NCBI GenBank assembly: GCA_003663325.1
Contig: QMZT01000002.1
Coordinates: 731 to 64,730, forward strand
Direction of reading: 5' to 3'
Length of the DNA: 64,000 nucleotides
Source of the DNA: Candidatus Aenigmatarchaeota archaeon
GTDB lineage: Archaea; Aenigmatarchaeota; Aenigmatarchaeia; QMZP01; QMZT01
The notes beneath the pieces were generated by a model. That model ran no database searches. It was not told the origin of the DNA and was given only the letters and a program-made list of their open reading frames with translations. A program made the translations under genes and the position numbers. Of this stretch, positions 1 to 9,429 are shown piece after piece. Each line of letters begins with the position of its first letter. The stretch's first letter is position 1.

Positions 1-1010
1 CAAAGATATCCTCCGCAATTAATATCCTATTTTATGTGTTTAGTGCATGGTTATTTGGCAGGATAACATTTAATTTTGTAAGAAAAGATGTGAATTTTAT
101 ATTTAGGGTTGCAATCATTTTTGTTCTTGGATTCATTGTAATTGTTTCAGGATCTACTATCTCTTCTGTTGTAAGAATAGATATGTTTGAGAGCGGCATG
201 CTGGGGTTGGTTAATGCAAGCATGCTTATATTTTCACTTATTTCCTCTTTAATTATAGGTGCAGCTCTTTACCTCCTTACCTCTGATCTAAGGCCAAAAA
301 GCGCGGGCTACTTAAGGAAAAGGGTTAGCTTGCTAGAAGATCTTTTAAGAAAAAGTGGTGTTGTTGGTATTAATGCGAACGAGGTAAAGGAGATGGTGAA
401 GAATAGATTCAAATGCGATGTAAACAGAATAGAAAGGCAGAATGATGTGTATGTAGTTATGTGCAAAAAAGGCAAACAAGAGTTCAATACCTATGTAGAT
501 GTGTATGATGGAGCGATAGTTGGTACTAAATGTAACACCCTGGTTTCGTTTTTTCTTCTAAACAAAAAGAAAATAGTGGGGGCTTCTATAGTAATTTTCT
601 TTGTTATTATCACCTTATTTAACTTTAAAAACTTGCCAAGGTTTGATTTGATTGAAGGTGTTGCAAATATGGTAGGTATACCAAAAGAGCAATTGAGTAT
701 GTTTTATGAAAAGGATATGGCAGAAGGGTGTGTTAGCATAACAAAACTCATGATAAAGTATTCAACAAAAATAAACGAAATGGATTTGTATGAAAATAAA
801 AGGGTGCAAGAGGAAATAGAGTCTATTCTTGATGAAAAGGTTATAGCGATGTATAAAGTTGAGTATAATGGAAATGATTACATAATATCGGTAAGCGTGC
901 CAAAAAATATAAGTAGTGAGCAGTTAGGTAGTAAGAATATACTAAAAATCTCAAAGGTTTGCTCTATATACAAAAATAAGCTATGCGATTGTATGAAAAC
1001 TCCCGTTTAA
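1..1010 (+). CDS. Hypothetical membrane protein, probably 5'-truncated by the window edge
   Basis: Frame is open from the window start. Several hydrophobic segments plus a short PepSY-like stretch (YVVMC...YVDVYDGAIVG). Confidence 0.55.
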   Translation, partial: KISSAINILFYVFSAWLFGRITFNFVRKDVNFIFRVAIIFVLGFIVIVSGSTISSVVRIDMFESGMLGLVNASMLIFSLISSLIIGAALYLLTSDLRPKSAGYLRKRVSLLEDLLRKSGVVGINANEVKEMVKNRFKCDVNRIERQNDVYVVMCKKGKQEFNTYVDVYDGAIVGTKCNTLVSFFLLNKKKIVGASIVIFFVIITLFNFKNLPRFDLIEGVANMVGIPKEQLSMFYEKDMAEGCVSITKLMIKYSTKINEMDLYENKRVQEEIESILDEKVIAMYKVEYNGNDYIISVSVPKNISSEQLGSKNILKISKVCSIYKNKLCDCMKTPV

Positions 1011-1023
1011 TTTCACTTTTAAA

Positions 1024-1599
1024 TTAAGCCTGGAATTTACTTAAGGCATTTTTATTACCGGAAACAACTACTATACAACCTTCCCTTATCTTCTCATCCA
1101 AATCTATAGGATATAGCCATTCCCCTTTAAACTTTATACCTATTACCCTTGCCCCCATTTGCTCTATCTCCTTTACCTTCTTACCTACGATATCTCTTAT
1201 CTTCCTCGTATCCAATATCTTTATTATTCCAAGCTCCCTAAAAGCATCCACTATAGACTTCTCAACCGGTATATCCCTTAAGACAGGGTCTACAAGCTCT
1301 TTAACACTGTTTGATATATCCTCTATCCCAGAGCCAACCCTCAATATTCCTGTAAGATTTATAGCACCTCTCGGGTTTGAGGCTGCAAGCATAGCTTCTA
1401 TTTCAAGCTGGTATTGCAATACATCGAGCTCATTACTCATCTTTATAACCCTTTTTGCAAGCTCTTTATCCTCTGTGAGCAAGGCTGCAAACGCTGTATA
1501 TATGCTTACCAACGCCAATGCCTTCATCTCCTTCAATATATCTACCACATTTTTTCTTCTTTCCAACAAATCTTCAACTATATCTTTTCCTATTTTCAT
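1024..1599 (-). CDS. PhoU-like/TrkA-C domain transport regulator
   Basis: N-terminal PhoU-like helical bundle (EMKALA...AALL...ELAKRV) and C-terminal RCK_C-like segment (VGKKVKE...RVIGIK...GEW). Sits next to an MgtE pair, as is typical in archaea. Confidence 0.75.
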   Translation of the reverse strand: MKIGKDIVEDLLERRKNVVDILKEMKALALVSIYTAFAALLTEDKELAKRVIKMSNELDVLQYQLEIEAMLAASNPRGAINLTGILRVGSGIEDISNSVKELVDPVLRDIPVEKSIVDAFRELGIIKILDTRKIRDIVGKKVKEIEQMGARVIGIKFKGEWLYPIDLDEKIREGCIVVVSGNKNALSKFQA

Positions 1600-1603
1600 A
1601 TTC

Positions 1604-2176
1604 TTAACCTCCTATTATTATTTTTGCAAACATAAACAAATTAATTACCCCTATAAGATCGCCCAAGGTTGTTATTATTGGTGACGTTGTATTATCTGGG
1701 TCAATACCATATTTATAGGACAATAAAGCCGTTATGATAACAAAAATAGAAAGTATAAATGTTGTTGTAATGCCGGCTGATAGTGTTATGAGGATAAACG
1801 TTACATACCCTATTCCTTTCCCATTCAAGAATATAAGCAACGTTTCAGCGCAAATTCCAAGAATAAAAAATGTTATAAATGCAATAATCAGTGCAGCCAT
1901 TAAATTATGATATATGAGTTTCTGACGTTTACCAATAACTATTTTACCTAGATGCAAGCCAGAGGATATCCTTGACCCGATTACACTTGCTATATCCCCT
2001 GTCATGTTTATGAAGGATGGTACAACAACAAGTAAAGAAACAAACACTGGCATGCCTAAATTTTTATTTAAGAAATAACCTGATATCGTGCTTACAATTA
2101 ATAACAAGGTAATTATTGGTAACATGTCCATTATAATCTTTCCCATGCTGTAATGACCTATATCCCTATTATCCAT
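1604..2176 (-). CDS. MgtE integral-membrane-domain magnesium transporter
   Basis: SRISSGLHLG and GIDPDN...PIITTLGD motifs. Confidence 0.88.
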   Translation of the reverse strand: MDNRDIGHYSMGKIIMDMLPIITLLLIVSTISGYFLNKNLGMPVFVSLLVVVPSFINMTGDIASVIGSRISSGLHLGKIVIGKRQKLIYHNLMAALIIAFITFFILGICAETLLIFLNGKGIGYVTFILITLSAGITTTFILSIFVIITALLSYKYGIDPDNTTSPIITTLGDLIGVINLFMFAKIIIGG

Positions 2177-2727
2177 CCTACAACACCTATCGCTACTATT
2201 AAAGAAAATATCGTGAATATATCACCTATTGTTGCGACAAAAGGTATGGTAATATCATCTGGGTCCATACCTCTTCTAAATGATAGAAATGCAATAAATA
2301 TTGTGAGAAATGTTAGAACTACGCCTGCTATAATTCCCGATATGAGAGATATGAGAAGTAGCGCAACAAATGAAACATTAAGGCCTATTATTAATGTTAA
2401 AATAAATGCAAAAACAGAGAGCAAAAATGATGCAATAAAGCTTAGTATGAGTGATGAATAGATATTTGCCTTAATATCCCTGTTCATATGAAAATAAGGT
2501 TTTATGTATCCCAAATGCAGAGCGCTTGCCAATCTAGAACCAAGCGCACATGAGATATTCCCTTTCATATCCATTATTCCCGGAAGCAATATGAAAACCC
2601 CCGGTATCATTTCTAGTTTATTAATGGTTCCAGCAAGCACTATTCCGGCGAGAAGTTCAAGAATTCCGTACATAGAAATGGAGGGTGCACAATCTTTTAC
2701 AGTGTGGCTAATATCTTTTGGTAGCAT
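2158..2727 (-). CDS. MgtE integral-membrane-domain magnesium transporter
   Basis: GSRLASALHLG and GMDPDD...PFVATIGD motifs. Confidence 0.88.
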   Translation of the reverse strand: MLPKDISHTVKDCAPSISMYGILELLAGIVLAGTINKLEMIPGVFILLPGIMDMKGNISCALGSRLASALHLGYIKPYFHMNRDIKANIYSSLILSFIASFLLSVFAFILTLIIGLNVSFVALLLISLISGIIAGVVLTFLTIFIAFLSFRRGMDPDDITIPFVATIGDIFTIFSLIVAIGVVGWIIGI

Positions 2728-2733
2728 ATAATT

Positions 2734-3492
2734 TTATTCTGTAAAGAAGTATTTTAAAGCATCCTTTATGTTTATAATCTCTTTCATTCTTATTTTAACC
2801 TTATCCTCTATATCGATCTTTTTCGGCACAGTTTCAGTCCAGCATAAGGTCTTTGTACCTATTTTCTCGCAATATTTTTTCCTTTCAAATTTCACACTTT
2901 GTGCATGCATCAATGGCACAAGCAAAAGTTTTGCTCCAGCGTTTTTTGCTGCTATCGCCTTTTCCATAACATTTCCTACAGGCCCTAACGTGCCGTCATG
3001 GTTTATTGAGCCTGTTATCATAACACTTTTATTTATTCTTTTGCCTTCTAATGCAGCTATTGTAGCTATTACTATGGCTGCACCTGCTGATGATCCCTCA
3101 ACCACACTGGCGTTTGTCTCTATGGTGTATATTAGGTCATATCTTGCTAAGCTTTTCCCAGTAATATTTTCAACTACCATCCTTGCGATCCTTATGGAGT
3201 TTTGCGTATCCGTCCAAAACAAAAGCTTGTCTATGTTTGTGAGTATCCTACCACTACCCCTTTTTATCTGTACGGTGAGCGTGGTTATTATACCCTCACC
3301 ATCCTCATTAACAGCGGGTATCTCTATGCTTGCACTGCCTTCGTCCTTTATATCTGAATATATCGCCTCCCCTGCCTCGCAACCCTCTACATATTTGTAA
3401 ATAACCCTTTTTTCAACACTAGAGCTACCTAATAAAAAACCTAAAAGCAATGCTACCAACATTACCATCGCTATAACTAATCCCCTTTTCAT
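2734..3492 (-). CDS. Membrane-anchored Lon-like (S16) serine protease without ATPase domain
   Basis: EGSSAG serine motif, ITGSI, PVG..EK lysine and an N-terminal TM helix. Start moved to ATG 3492 because the longer ORF overlaps the SRP RNA. Confidence 0.85.
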   Translation of the reverse strand: MKRGLVIAMVMLVALLLGFLLGSSSVEKRVIYKYVEGCEAGEAIYSDIKDEGSASIEIPAVNEDGEGIITTLTVQIKRGSGRILTNIDKLLFWTDTQNSIRIARMVVENITGKSLARYDLIYTIETNASVVEGSSAGAAIVIATIAALEGKRINKSVMITGSINHDGTLGPVGNVMEKAIAAKNAGAKLLLVPLMHAQSVKFERKKYCEKIGTKTLCWTETVPKKIDIEDKVKIRMKEIINIKDALKYFFTE

Positions 3493-3512
3493 AGTTTTCA
3501 AATTATCATATA

Positions 3513-3789
3513 GGGCAGGAACGTGCCATCGGTGGATGCCTGCCTGCATTTCAGTTTACCATGTCCCTTTCTCAATCCTGCTACCCTGTAAGCACCGCAT
3601 GCGTAGCTTAGGGCTGCTTCCGCCAGGACCTGACCCGGTTCACTACGCATACAGCCAAACAGGACAGGATATCATTGTAGGGGACATGGGCTGAAATGCA
3701 AACAAGGCATCGCCCTCAGGCTTCGGCCCCGCCATAAGGACGGTTTGCGGTTACAGGCTACGCCCAGCAGCCCGGCCTAGTTCCTGCCC
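3513..3789 (-). ncRNA. ffs: Signal recognition particle (7S) RNA
   Basis: Terminal helix GGGCAGGAAC/GUUCCUGCCC, Alu domain with UGU motif, long helix 5, and helix 8 motif GUGAACCGGGUCAGGUCC-UGGC-GGAAGCAGCCCUAAGC. Confidence 0.93.
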
Positions 3790-3846
3790 ATTTATTTTTA
3801 AACTAAAGCTTAAAATCTTTTTAGCAAAAAGAGTAAAATATAAATT

Positions 3847-4719
3847 ATGTTATCTCTTTATAAACGTCTTTCGGTAGAACTTTTTGGCTGGGTCTATGAA
3901 AGACATAAAGAATATTTTAAGAACCTAGAGCTGCATTTAAAGAACGCCAATATAAAGATGCTTGCGAAGACATGGGTAAGCTTGTCTGTGCTAACATCTA
4001 TAGTAACAGGAATTGTATGTGCTGTGATAGTAGCTGCAATATGCATAATCTTTAATGTATCCAACATAATACAGCTTATTCTTTTCTCCACATTTCCTTT
4101 CCTTTTTGCACTGATAGCATTTACCCTCTTCTATGTCTACCCCGTCCAAAAAGAGTCCTCAATAAGGAAATCTATTGAGAATAACATGCCGTTTGCCATA
4201 ATACATATGGCAGCTGTAGCCTCTTCTGGTATACCACCAGAGTTTATGTTTGAACTGATCACAGGCTTTGAGTATGGAAAGATATCAGATCAAGTAAGGC
4301 TTATAATAAGGAATATGAGGAGCTTTAACATGAGTTCTGTTGATGCTATAAGGGATGTAGCTATGCGTACACCATCAAAAGAGTTCAGGGAGTTTTTGAT
4401 GGGTATAGTTTCTAATATAGAAAGTGGAGGTAACCTTACAGAATACATAAGGGGTGCTGCAGAAAAAGCGCTCTTTGACTATAAAATAAAAAGGGAGAAG
4501 TATCTCAAGACGCTTTCTACGTATGCAGATGTTTATACAGCATTACTTGTTGCTGCCCCATTGATGATGCTTTCATTGCTCGCTACAATGAGTATAATAG
4601 GTGGAAACATAATGGGTATGACAATAAATGATTTAATATTAATAATAACATGGGTATTCCTGCCTGTGTTTAACATAATCTTTCTTGCATTCGTTCATGT
4701 AACCTATCCAGGTGGTTAA
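3847..4719 (+). CDS. Type II secretion/type IV pilus platform protein (T2SS F domain, FlaJ/TadC-like)
   Basis: MPFAIIHMAAVASSG, RTPSKEF and IESGGNL patterns with flanking TM helices. Confidence 0.85.
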   Translation: MLSLYKRLSVELFGWVYERHKEYFKNLELHLKNANIKMLAKTWVSLSVLTSIVTGIVCAVIVAAICIIFNVSNIIQLILFSTFPFLFALIAFTLFYVYPVQKESSIRKSIENNMPFAIIHMAAVASSGIPPEFMFELITGFEYGKISDQVRLIIRNMRSFNMSSVDAIRDVAMRTPSKEFREFLMGIVSNIESGGNLTEYIRGAAEKALFDYKIKREKYLKTLSTYADVYTALLVAAPLMMLSLLATMSIIGGNIMGMTINDLILIITWVFLPVFNIIFLAFVHVTYPGG

Positions 4720-5565
4720 ATGAGAACAGAGGTATATGAAGCTGTATCTGTGGCAATTGGCGTTTCAATACTTATATTTAGTATTTTCATCTTCCCTTCC
4801 CTCTTTCCTGACCTTGTTTTTCTTACCCCACTATTAAATATAAGCGGCGCATTGATAGCTGTGGTCCCGCCTTTTCTATTTTTCTACAAAAAGTACCTTG
4901 AAAAGCGTGCGATGGAGGAATATTTCATAGTGTTCATTTCCGACCTCACAGAGGATATAGACTCTGGCATGACATTACCTGTTGCGCTAAGATATATAGC
5001 GAAAAGGGATTATGGTGTGCTAACCCCATACATAAAGGAATTGGCAAGCAAGGTTTCATGGGGTATTCCGTTTGAGGAAGCATTGAAGATATTTGCAACA
5101 AAGGTGGGAAGCGTTACGATAAAAAGGTCTGTAAACACTATACTTCAAACATACAAGGTAGGTGGGAAGCTTTCAGACACATTAAGGGCTATAAGCCAAT
5201 CATTAATTGAAATAAGCAAGATAAAGAAGGAGAGAAGCGTATCTGTACAATCCCAAATAGTAACATCATACTTAATATTCTTTGTCTTTATATTTATTTT
5301 GATAATATTGCAAACTGTTCTTGTGCCAGCCTTTTCAACAAAAGCAACAGAAGCGGGTAGTAGTATAGGTGCTGTATTGCCCACTGAGATATACAACTCG
5401 GTGTTCATAAACTTTATAATTGTCCAAGGCTTTTTTGCTGGTCTTGCAACGGGTAAAATGGCAGAAGGGAGTGTTATAGCAGGTTTTAAGCATTCTGTTG
5501 TTCTTATAACAGCAGGCTATACAATATTTAGCTTATTTTCACAGCTCCAGATAAAGCTTATGTGA
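4720..5565 (+). CDS. Type II secretion/type IV pilus platform protein (T2SS F domain)
   Basis: DSGMTLP, DYGVL, SWGIPFEEAL, QGFFAGL..GKMAEG motifs. Confidence 0.85.
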   Translation: MRTEVYEAVSVAIGVSILIFSIFIFPSLFPDLVFLTPLLNISGALIAVVPPFLFFYKKYLEKRAMEEYFIVFISDLTEDIDSGMTLPVALRYIAKRDYGVLTPYIKELASKVSWGIPFEEALKIFATKVGSVTIKRSVNTILQTYKVGGKLSDTLRAISQSLIEISKIKKERSVSVQSQIVTSYLIFFVFIFILIILQTVLVPAFSTKATEAGSSIGAVLPTEIYNSVFINFIIVQGFFAGLATGKMAEGSVIAGFKHSVVLITAGYTIFSLFSQLQIKLM

Positions 5566-6188
5566 TGGGAATGAAAGGTAACGAGGAGCTTGTTTTGAAT
5601 CTTTTATCACAAGGCTATATAAAAAGCAAGAAGGTTAGAGATGCCTTTCTTTCTGTAGACAGGGCGGTATTTGTTTTACCAGAATATAAAGACATGGCCT
5701 ATGAAGATACGCCGTTACCGATATTAAACAATCAAACCATATCCGCTCCACATATGGTTGCGATGATGACCGAGTTGCTTGAGCTAAATGGCAGGGAGAA
5801 GGTCCTGGAAATTGGTTCTGGTTCAGGGTATCAGGCAGCTATAATATCAAGGCTGGCAAAATTTGTCTATACTGTTGAAATAGACCATGAACTTGTTGAA
5901 ATGGCAAAGGCGAATCTAAAAAGATGTAGCATAAAGAATGTGAAGGTTATAGTTGGTGATGGTGCAAAAGGTTATGAGAATGCAAAACCTTACGATAGGG
6001 TTATAGTTACATGTGCAACACCAAAAATATTTGATAGTTGGCTTAACCAGCTAACCAAAAATGGTATTTTGCTCGCTCCTGTGAACGCAGGCTTTTATCA
6101 AAAACTTGTAAAGGTTATAAAAAAGGATAATAAGATTTATAAGGAGATGCATGGTCTTTGCTCATTTGTTCCACTAAGAAGAGAATAG
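5562..6188 (+). CDS. pcm: Protein-L-isoaspartate O-methyltransferase
   Basis: AYEDTPL, QTISAPHMVA, VLEIGSGSGY, PYDRV. Confidence 0.95.
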   Translation: MMGMKGNEELVLNLLSQGYIKSKKVRDAFLSVDRAVFVLPEYKDMAYEDTPLPILNNQTISAPHMVAMMTELLELNGREKVLEIGSGSGYQAAIISRLAKFVYTVEIDHELVEMAKANLKRCSIKNVKVIVGDGAKGYENAKPYDRVIVTCATPKIFDSWLNQLTKNGILLAPVNAGFYQKLVKVIKKDNKIYKEMHGLCSFVPLRRE

Positions 6189-6749
6189 CTTTGCTATTTC
6201 ATTGCTTGCATATTCTGAATGTTCAAACTCACGCTTCTCTTCCCATATCAACCTTATTATCTTTAACTTTGCCATCGTTGAGGCTGAGGCTATGGTAGCG
6301 TATACTCTGTTTATAGCTTGATGCAATGCTATTTCCTCTTCCCCTTCCATATCCCGCGTTGTTCTTGTTTTATCCCCCTTTCTTCTTTCCGCTATCACCC
6401 TTGGGTTAAATTCTAACAAAACTATTATATCTGGCTTCATTTCCTTGACCAGATCTATAGGTAAGCCGGGATAAAAGCCTTCCGGTGTCTCTATACTTGC
6501 ATGGGTATCAATTATTACATTCCCCTCCATGCTTGCTATATTTTTCGCTGCGCTTATTTGTATAGCTCTATAGCTATCCAAACTTAATTTTTTTCTCATC
6601 TCATCCCTGTTACTAATCCCGAGCTTTTTCGCTTCCTCAAACATCAAATCTCCAAAATTAACCAGCTTTACATCTTTTACCTTTTCCGAGATCATTCTAA
6701 GTATGGTCGATTTCCCCGCCCCAGGCACAGCAAGAATTATAACCCTCAT
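6174..6749 (-). CDS. adkA: Archaeal adenylate kinase
   Basis: VPGAGKST P-loop, NFGD, RDEMRK, DTH, GFYPGLP. Confidence 0.92.
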   Translation of the reverse strand: MRVIILAVPGAGKSTILRMISEKVKDVKLVNFGDLMFEEAKKLGISNRDEMRKKLSLDSYRAIQISAAKNIASMEGNVIIDTHASIETPEGFYPGLPIDLVKEMKPDIIVLLEFNPRVIAERRKGDKTRTTRDMEGEEEIALHQAINRVYATIASASTMAKLKIIRLIWEEKREFEHSEYASNEIAKLFSS

Positions 6750-6812
6750 TAACTATAGTTTTTAATGAAAAGTATATAAAGGTTTGTTTAAGGTATTGAA
6801 AGGTGAAGGAAA

Positions 6813-7427
6813 ATGAAAAATTTCGTGGATTTGGTAATTGAAAAGGCAAAACAAGCCTTAGAAGAAAACCGATTTCAATCCGTCTCCCATAAATGGGATC
6901 ATGTTTATAGAGTTTACAGGAGAGTGATTAAAATGGCAAATGAAATAAAGGGAAAAGGCGTTGATCTGGAAATTTTAAAAATTTCGGCATTGTTACACGA
7001 TATAGATCAACCATACAATAGAAAGCAGAGCCATGTTAAAAGGAGCTTATCAAAAGCTGAGCAAATTCTTAAAGAGATTGGCTATCCAAAAGAAAAAATT
7101 AAAAAGGTCTTGAGTATAATCTCAGAGCATTCATCTGAAGATGAAAAGGGGCCAACGAGTATTGAGGCAAAAATCTTGTATGATGCAGATAAGCTTGATG
7201 GCGTAGGAGCTATTGGTATTGCAAGGGTTTTCGCATTTTGCGGACAAAATGGTTTAATCCCAAAAGAAGCGATAGAATGGTATAGAAGAAAAATAGAAAA
7301 AGCGTTACCTAAGATGCAGACAAAGGCGGGAAAAGAAATTGTTAAAGAGGAGTTGAAATATGTTTATTCTTTTTTCGAGAAATTCAGAAAAGAGGAAAAT
7401 TTATTACAAGGTACAAACATTAAGTAA
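6813..7427 (+). CDS. HD-domain phosphohydrolase
   Basis: H..DH..RV, LLHDI, EHS, DADKLD..GAIGIAR. Confidence 0.9.
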   Translation: MKNFVDLVIEKAKQALEENRFQSVSHKWDHVYRVYRRVIKMANEIKGKGVDLEILKISALLHDIDQPYNRKQSHVKRSLSKAEQILKEIGYPKEKIKKVLSIISEHSSEDEKGPTSIEAKILYDADKLDGVGAIGIARVFAFCGQNGLIPKEAIEWYRRKIEKALPKMQTKAGKEIVKEELKYVYSFFEKFRKEENLLQGTNIK

Positions 7428-7535
7428 AACGCTTGAGGTCGCCTAAATGGGATTTTTATATCAACTAATCATTATTATTAAGCTTTGTAGAATCAAGAAA
7501 AGATTTATAACACCGTAACTATAATTGGCATTTAT

Positions 7536-7967
7536 TTGTTAAATTTTACCGCCAAGGATTACAAATACGGTGATTTAAATCTTGTTCTAGACAAACAGAT
7601 TAGTATTAAAGGTGTTTTTCTTTCAAGCTGTACCCTGGAAAATTATGATGAGTGTATCAGTAGGGTGGGTACGAAAAGTGGACCTGGTTTTGAAATCTGC
7701 CAATGGAATTATCATCTTAAAACATTTAAAGAAGTGGGTAGATATCCAGATTGTATTAAAATTGATCTGCTTCCACTAGGTCGTAGATATGTTTCTGAGA
7801 AGCAGTTACAAGAATTCAAAAAATATTTAAATAAAGAAGTAAATGCTACAGGAATTTTGAAATCTGTGAAAGTTGGAGCTAAAGGTACAAATTGTGAAAT
7901 GACACAAATAGGATGTGAGAGAGAAGTAATAATTTTTATCCCAGAAAAAATTGAAATTGTTGAATAG
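7536..7967 (+). CDS. Hypothetical Cys-containing protein, start uncertain
   Basis: 143-codon ORF with TTG start and no recognisable motif. Confidence 0.45.
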   Translation: MLNFTAKDYKYGDLNLVLDKQISIKGVFLSSCTLENYDECISRVGTKSGPGFEICQWNYHLKTFKEVGRYPDCIKIDLLPLGRRYVSEKQLQEFKKYLNKEVNATGILKSVKVGAKGTNCEMTQIGCEREVIIFIPEKIEIVE

Positions 7968-8051
7968 AAATTATCTTGGACTCCTGAACTTTCTTATTAT
8001 ATACTAACAATAAGCTAACAGAATCGTTTTCAACTGATCGTATCAAAATTC

Positions 8052-8112
8052 CAAACAATTGTTTGTTTTTTTGAAACAATATATTTATAAAATTAAAAAA
8101 TAAAACAATTGT
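8052..8112. promoter_or_regulatory. Palindromic operator repeats flanking the TATA box of the MNT-HEPN operon
   Basis: CAAACAATTGTTTG (8052-8065), half-site GAAACAAT, TTTATAAA (8084-8091), and AAACAATTGT (8103-8112) abutting the ATG. Confidence 0.55.
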
Positions 8113-8658
8113 ATGAAAAATTTGCACATCTTTAAAATCTTAGAATTCTTTATAAGAAATCCTTACCAAAGGGTTTATCTTAGGGAGCTTGCCAAAAAGC
8201 TTAAATTGAGCCCATTCACCACTAAAAGGTATGTTGACGTGCTTGTTAGAGAAAAATTTATATATGAGGAAAGGGAAGCAAAGATGAGGTACTTTAAAGC
8301 CAATTTAAGTAATATTGCTTTTAGGTACATAAAGATAGCATACAGCCTGCATGAAATTTTAAAATCTGGGCTCATTAGTTTTTTATTAACCAACATTCCG
8401 AATATCTCATCTATAGTGCTTTTTGGATCTATTGCTAAGGGTGAGGATAGTGAAAAGAGTGATGTTGATTTACTTATTATCGGCAAGCCCAAATATATCA
8501 GGGTAGGAAAATTTGAAGAGAGATTAAAAAGGGATATAGCTCTACATATCTTTAGTTGGAGTGAATGGAATAAAAAAGCAAAGGAGGATAAAGCTTTTTA
8601 CTTAGAAATAATAAGGTATGGTGTACCAATCTATGGAGAATTACCAATGATAGAATGA
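8113..8658 (+). CDS. HTH + minimal nucleotidyltransferase (MNT) antitoxin
   Basis: N-terminal wHTH (YLRELAKKL) and LFGS...GE...SDVDL. Confidence 0.88.
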   Translation: MKNLHIFKILEFFIRNPYQRVYLRELAKKLKLSPFTTKRYVDVLVREKFIYEEREAKMRYFKANLSNIAFRYIKIAYSLHEILKSGLISFLLTNIPNISSIVLFGSIAKGEDSEKSDVDLLIIGKPKYIRVGKFEERLKRDIALHIFSWSEWNKKAKEDKAFYLEIIRYGVPIYGELPMIE

Positions 8659-9098
8659 AGATCGAAACGCTTGAAGATTGTTTCAAATTTAGGCTTTTAC
8701 GTAAGATAAGGCCAGATATAGAAAAAAGCAAAAGATCTTTGGAAATAGCAAGGGAAAGGTTAAAAACGGCTAACACAGCTTACGATATTGCCCTGAAATT
8801 TAAATTTTTCAACTTTGTTATCATTGAGGCATATATGGCTATGTTCCATGCAGCCAGAGCCTTGCTCTATAAAGATGGCATTCAAGAAAAAAGTCATTTT
8901 GCAATGTATCTCTACTTAAAGGAAAGGTATAGCAGGAAGATCCCGTTCCATATAATAAATCTGCTAAATATTCATAGAATTGAAAGACATGAAACAATGT
9001 ATGGGTTAGAGTATCAGCCCACGAAGGAAGATGCTGAAATTGCTTTAAAGGATGCCAATATCTTTGTAAAAGAAGTCGAGAAGGTGCTCAAGAGGTAA
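8655..9098 (+). CDS. HEPN-domain protein (toxin partner)
   Basis: AYMAMFHAARALL, EKSH, R-x4-Y (RHETMY). Overlaps the MNT stop codon. Confidence 0.88.
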   Translation: MKIETLEDCFKFRLLRKIRPDIEKSKRSLEIARERLKTANTAYDIALKFKFFNFVIIEAYMAMFHAARALLYKDGIQEKSHFAMYLYLKERYSRKIPFHIINLLNIHRIERHETMYGLEYQPTKEDAEIALKDANIFVKEVEKVLKR

Positions 9099-9237
9099 GG
9101 AATACTCATAGTGAATTATGAGAGATGAAATTAACTTAGTGGGTTTTGAAATCTTTAGGTTTGAAATTCAACATTTAGTTTGTATGTGGATGAGGGGATA
9201 CTAAATATAAAAATTTTTAGCCAATAATTAATTCAGA

Positions 9238-9363
9238 GCGGCTGTAGTCTAGTCTGGTAGGACCCAGGCTTCCCGAGCCTGTGACCCGGGTTCAAAATCG
9301 AAACCACCAGCGGGTTTCGATGCATCCTGCAACCAACAAGCATGGGAAATCCCGGCAGCCGCA
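9238..9363 (+). tRNA. tRNA-Gly(CCC) with a 53-nt T-loop intron (about 59/60; 9297-9349)
   Basis: Acceptor GCGGCTG/CAGCCGC, anticodon arm CAGGC-TTCCCGA-GCCTG, T-arm CCGGG-TTCAAA[intron]T-CCCGG. Confidence 0.93.
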
Positions 9364-9429
9364 TTCTTTCTATGTGAAAAGGAATAAATTATCAAAAAAT
9401 AAAAATTTAATTGATAATAGTTTAGTTAA

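Noticed and set aside
2768-3400. Long antisense ORFs (also 10895-11518, 35834-36430, 42393-43028, 54527-55105)
   Set aside because: They are reverse-strand shadows of well-supported genes and carry no motifs of their own.
3493-3549. N-terminal extension of the S16 protease
   Set aside because: It overlaps the SRP RNA 3' end. ATG 3492 gives a proper membrane-anchor start.
7410-8050. Integron attC-like sites around the accessory ORFs
   Set aside because: No convincing RYYYAAC...GTTRRRY inverted pair and no integrase in the window.
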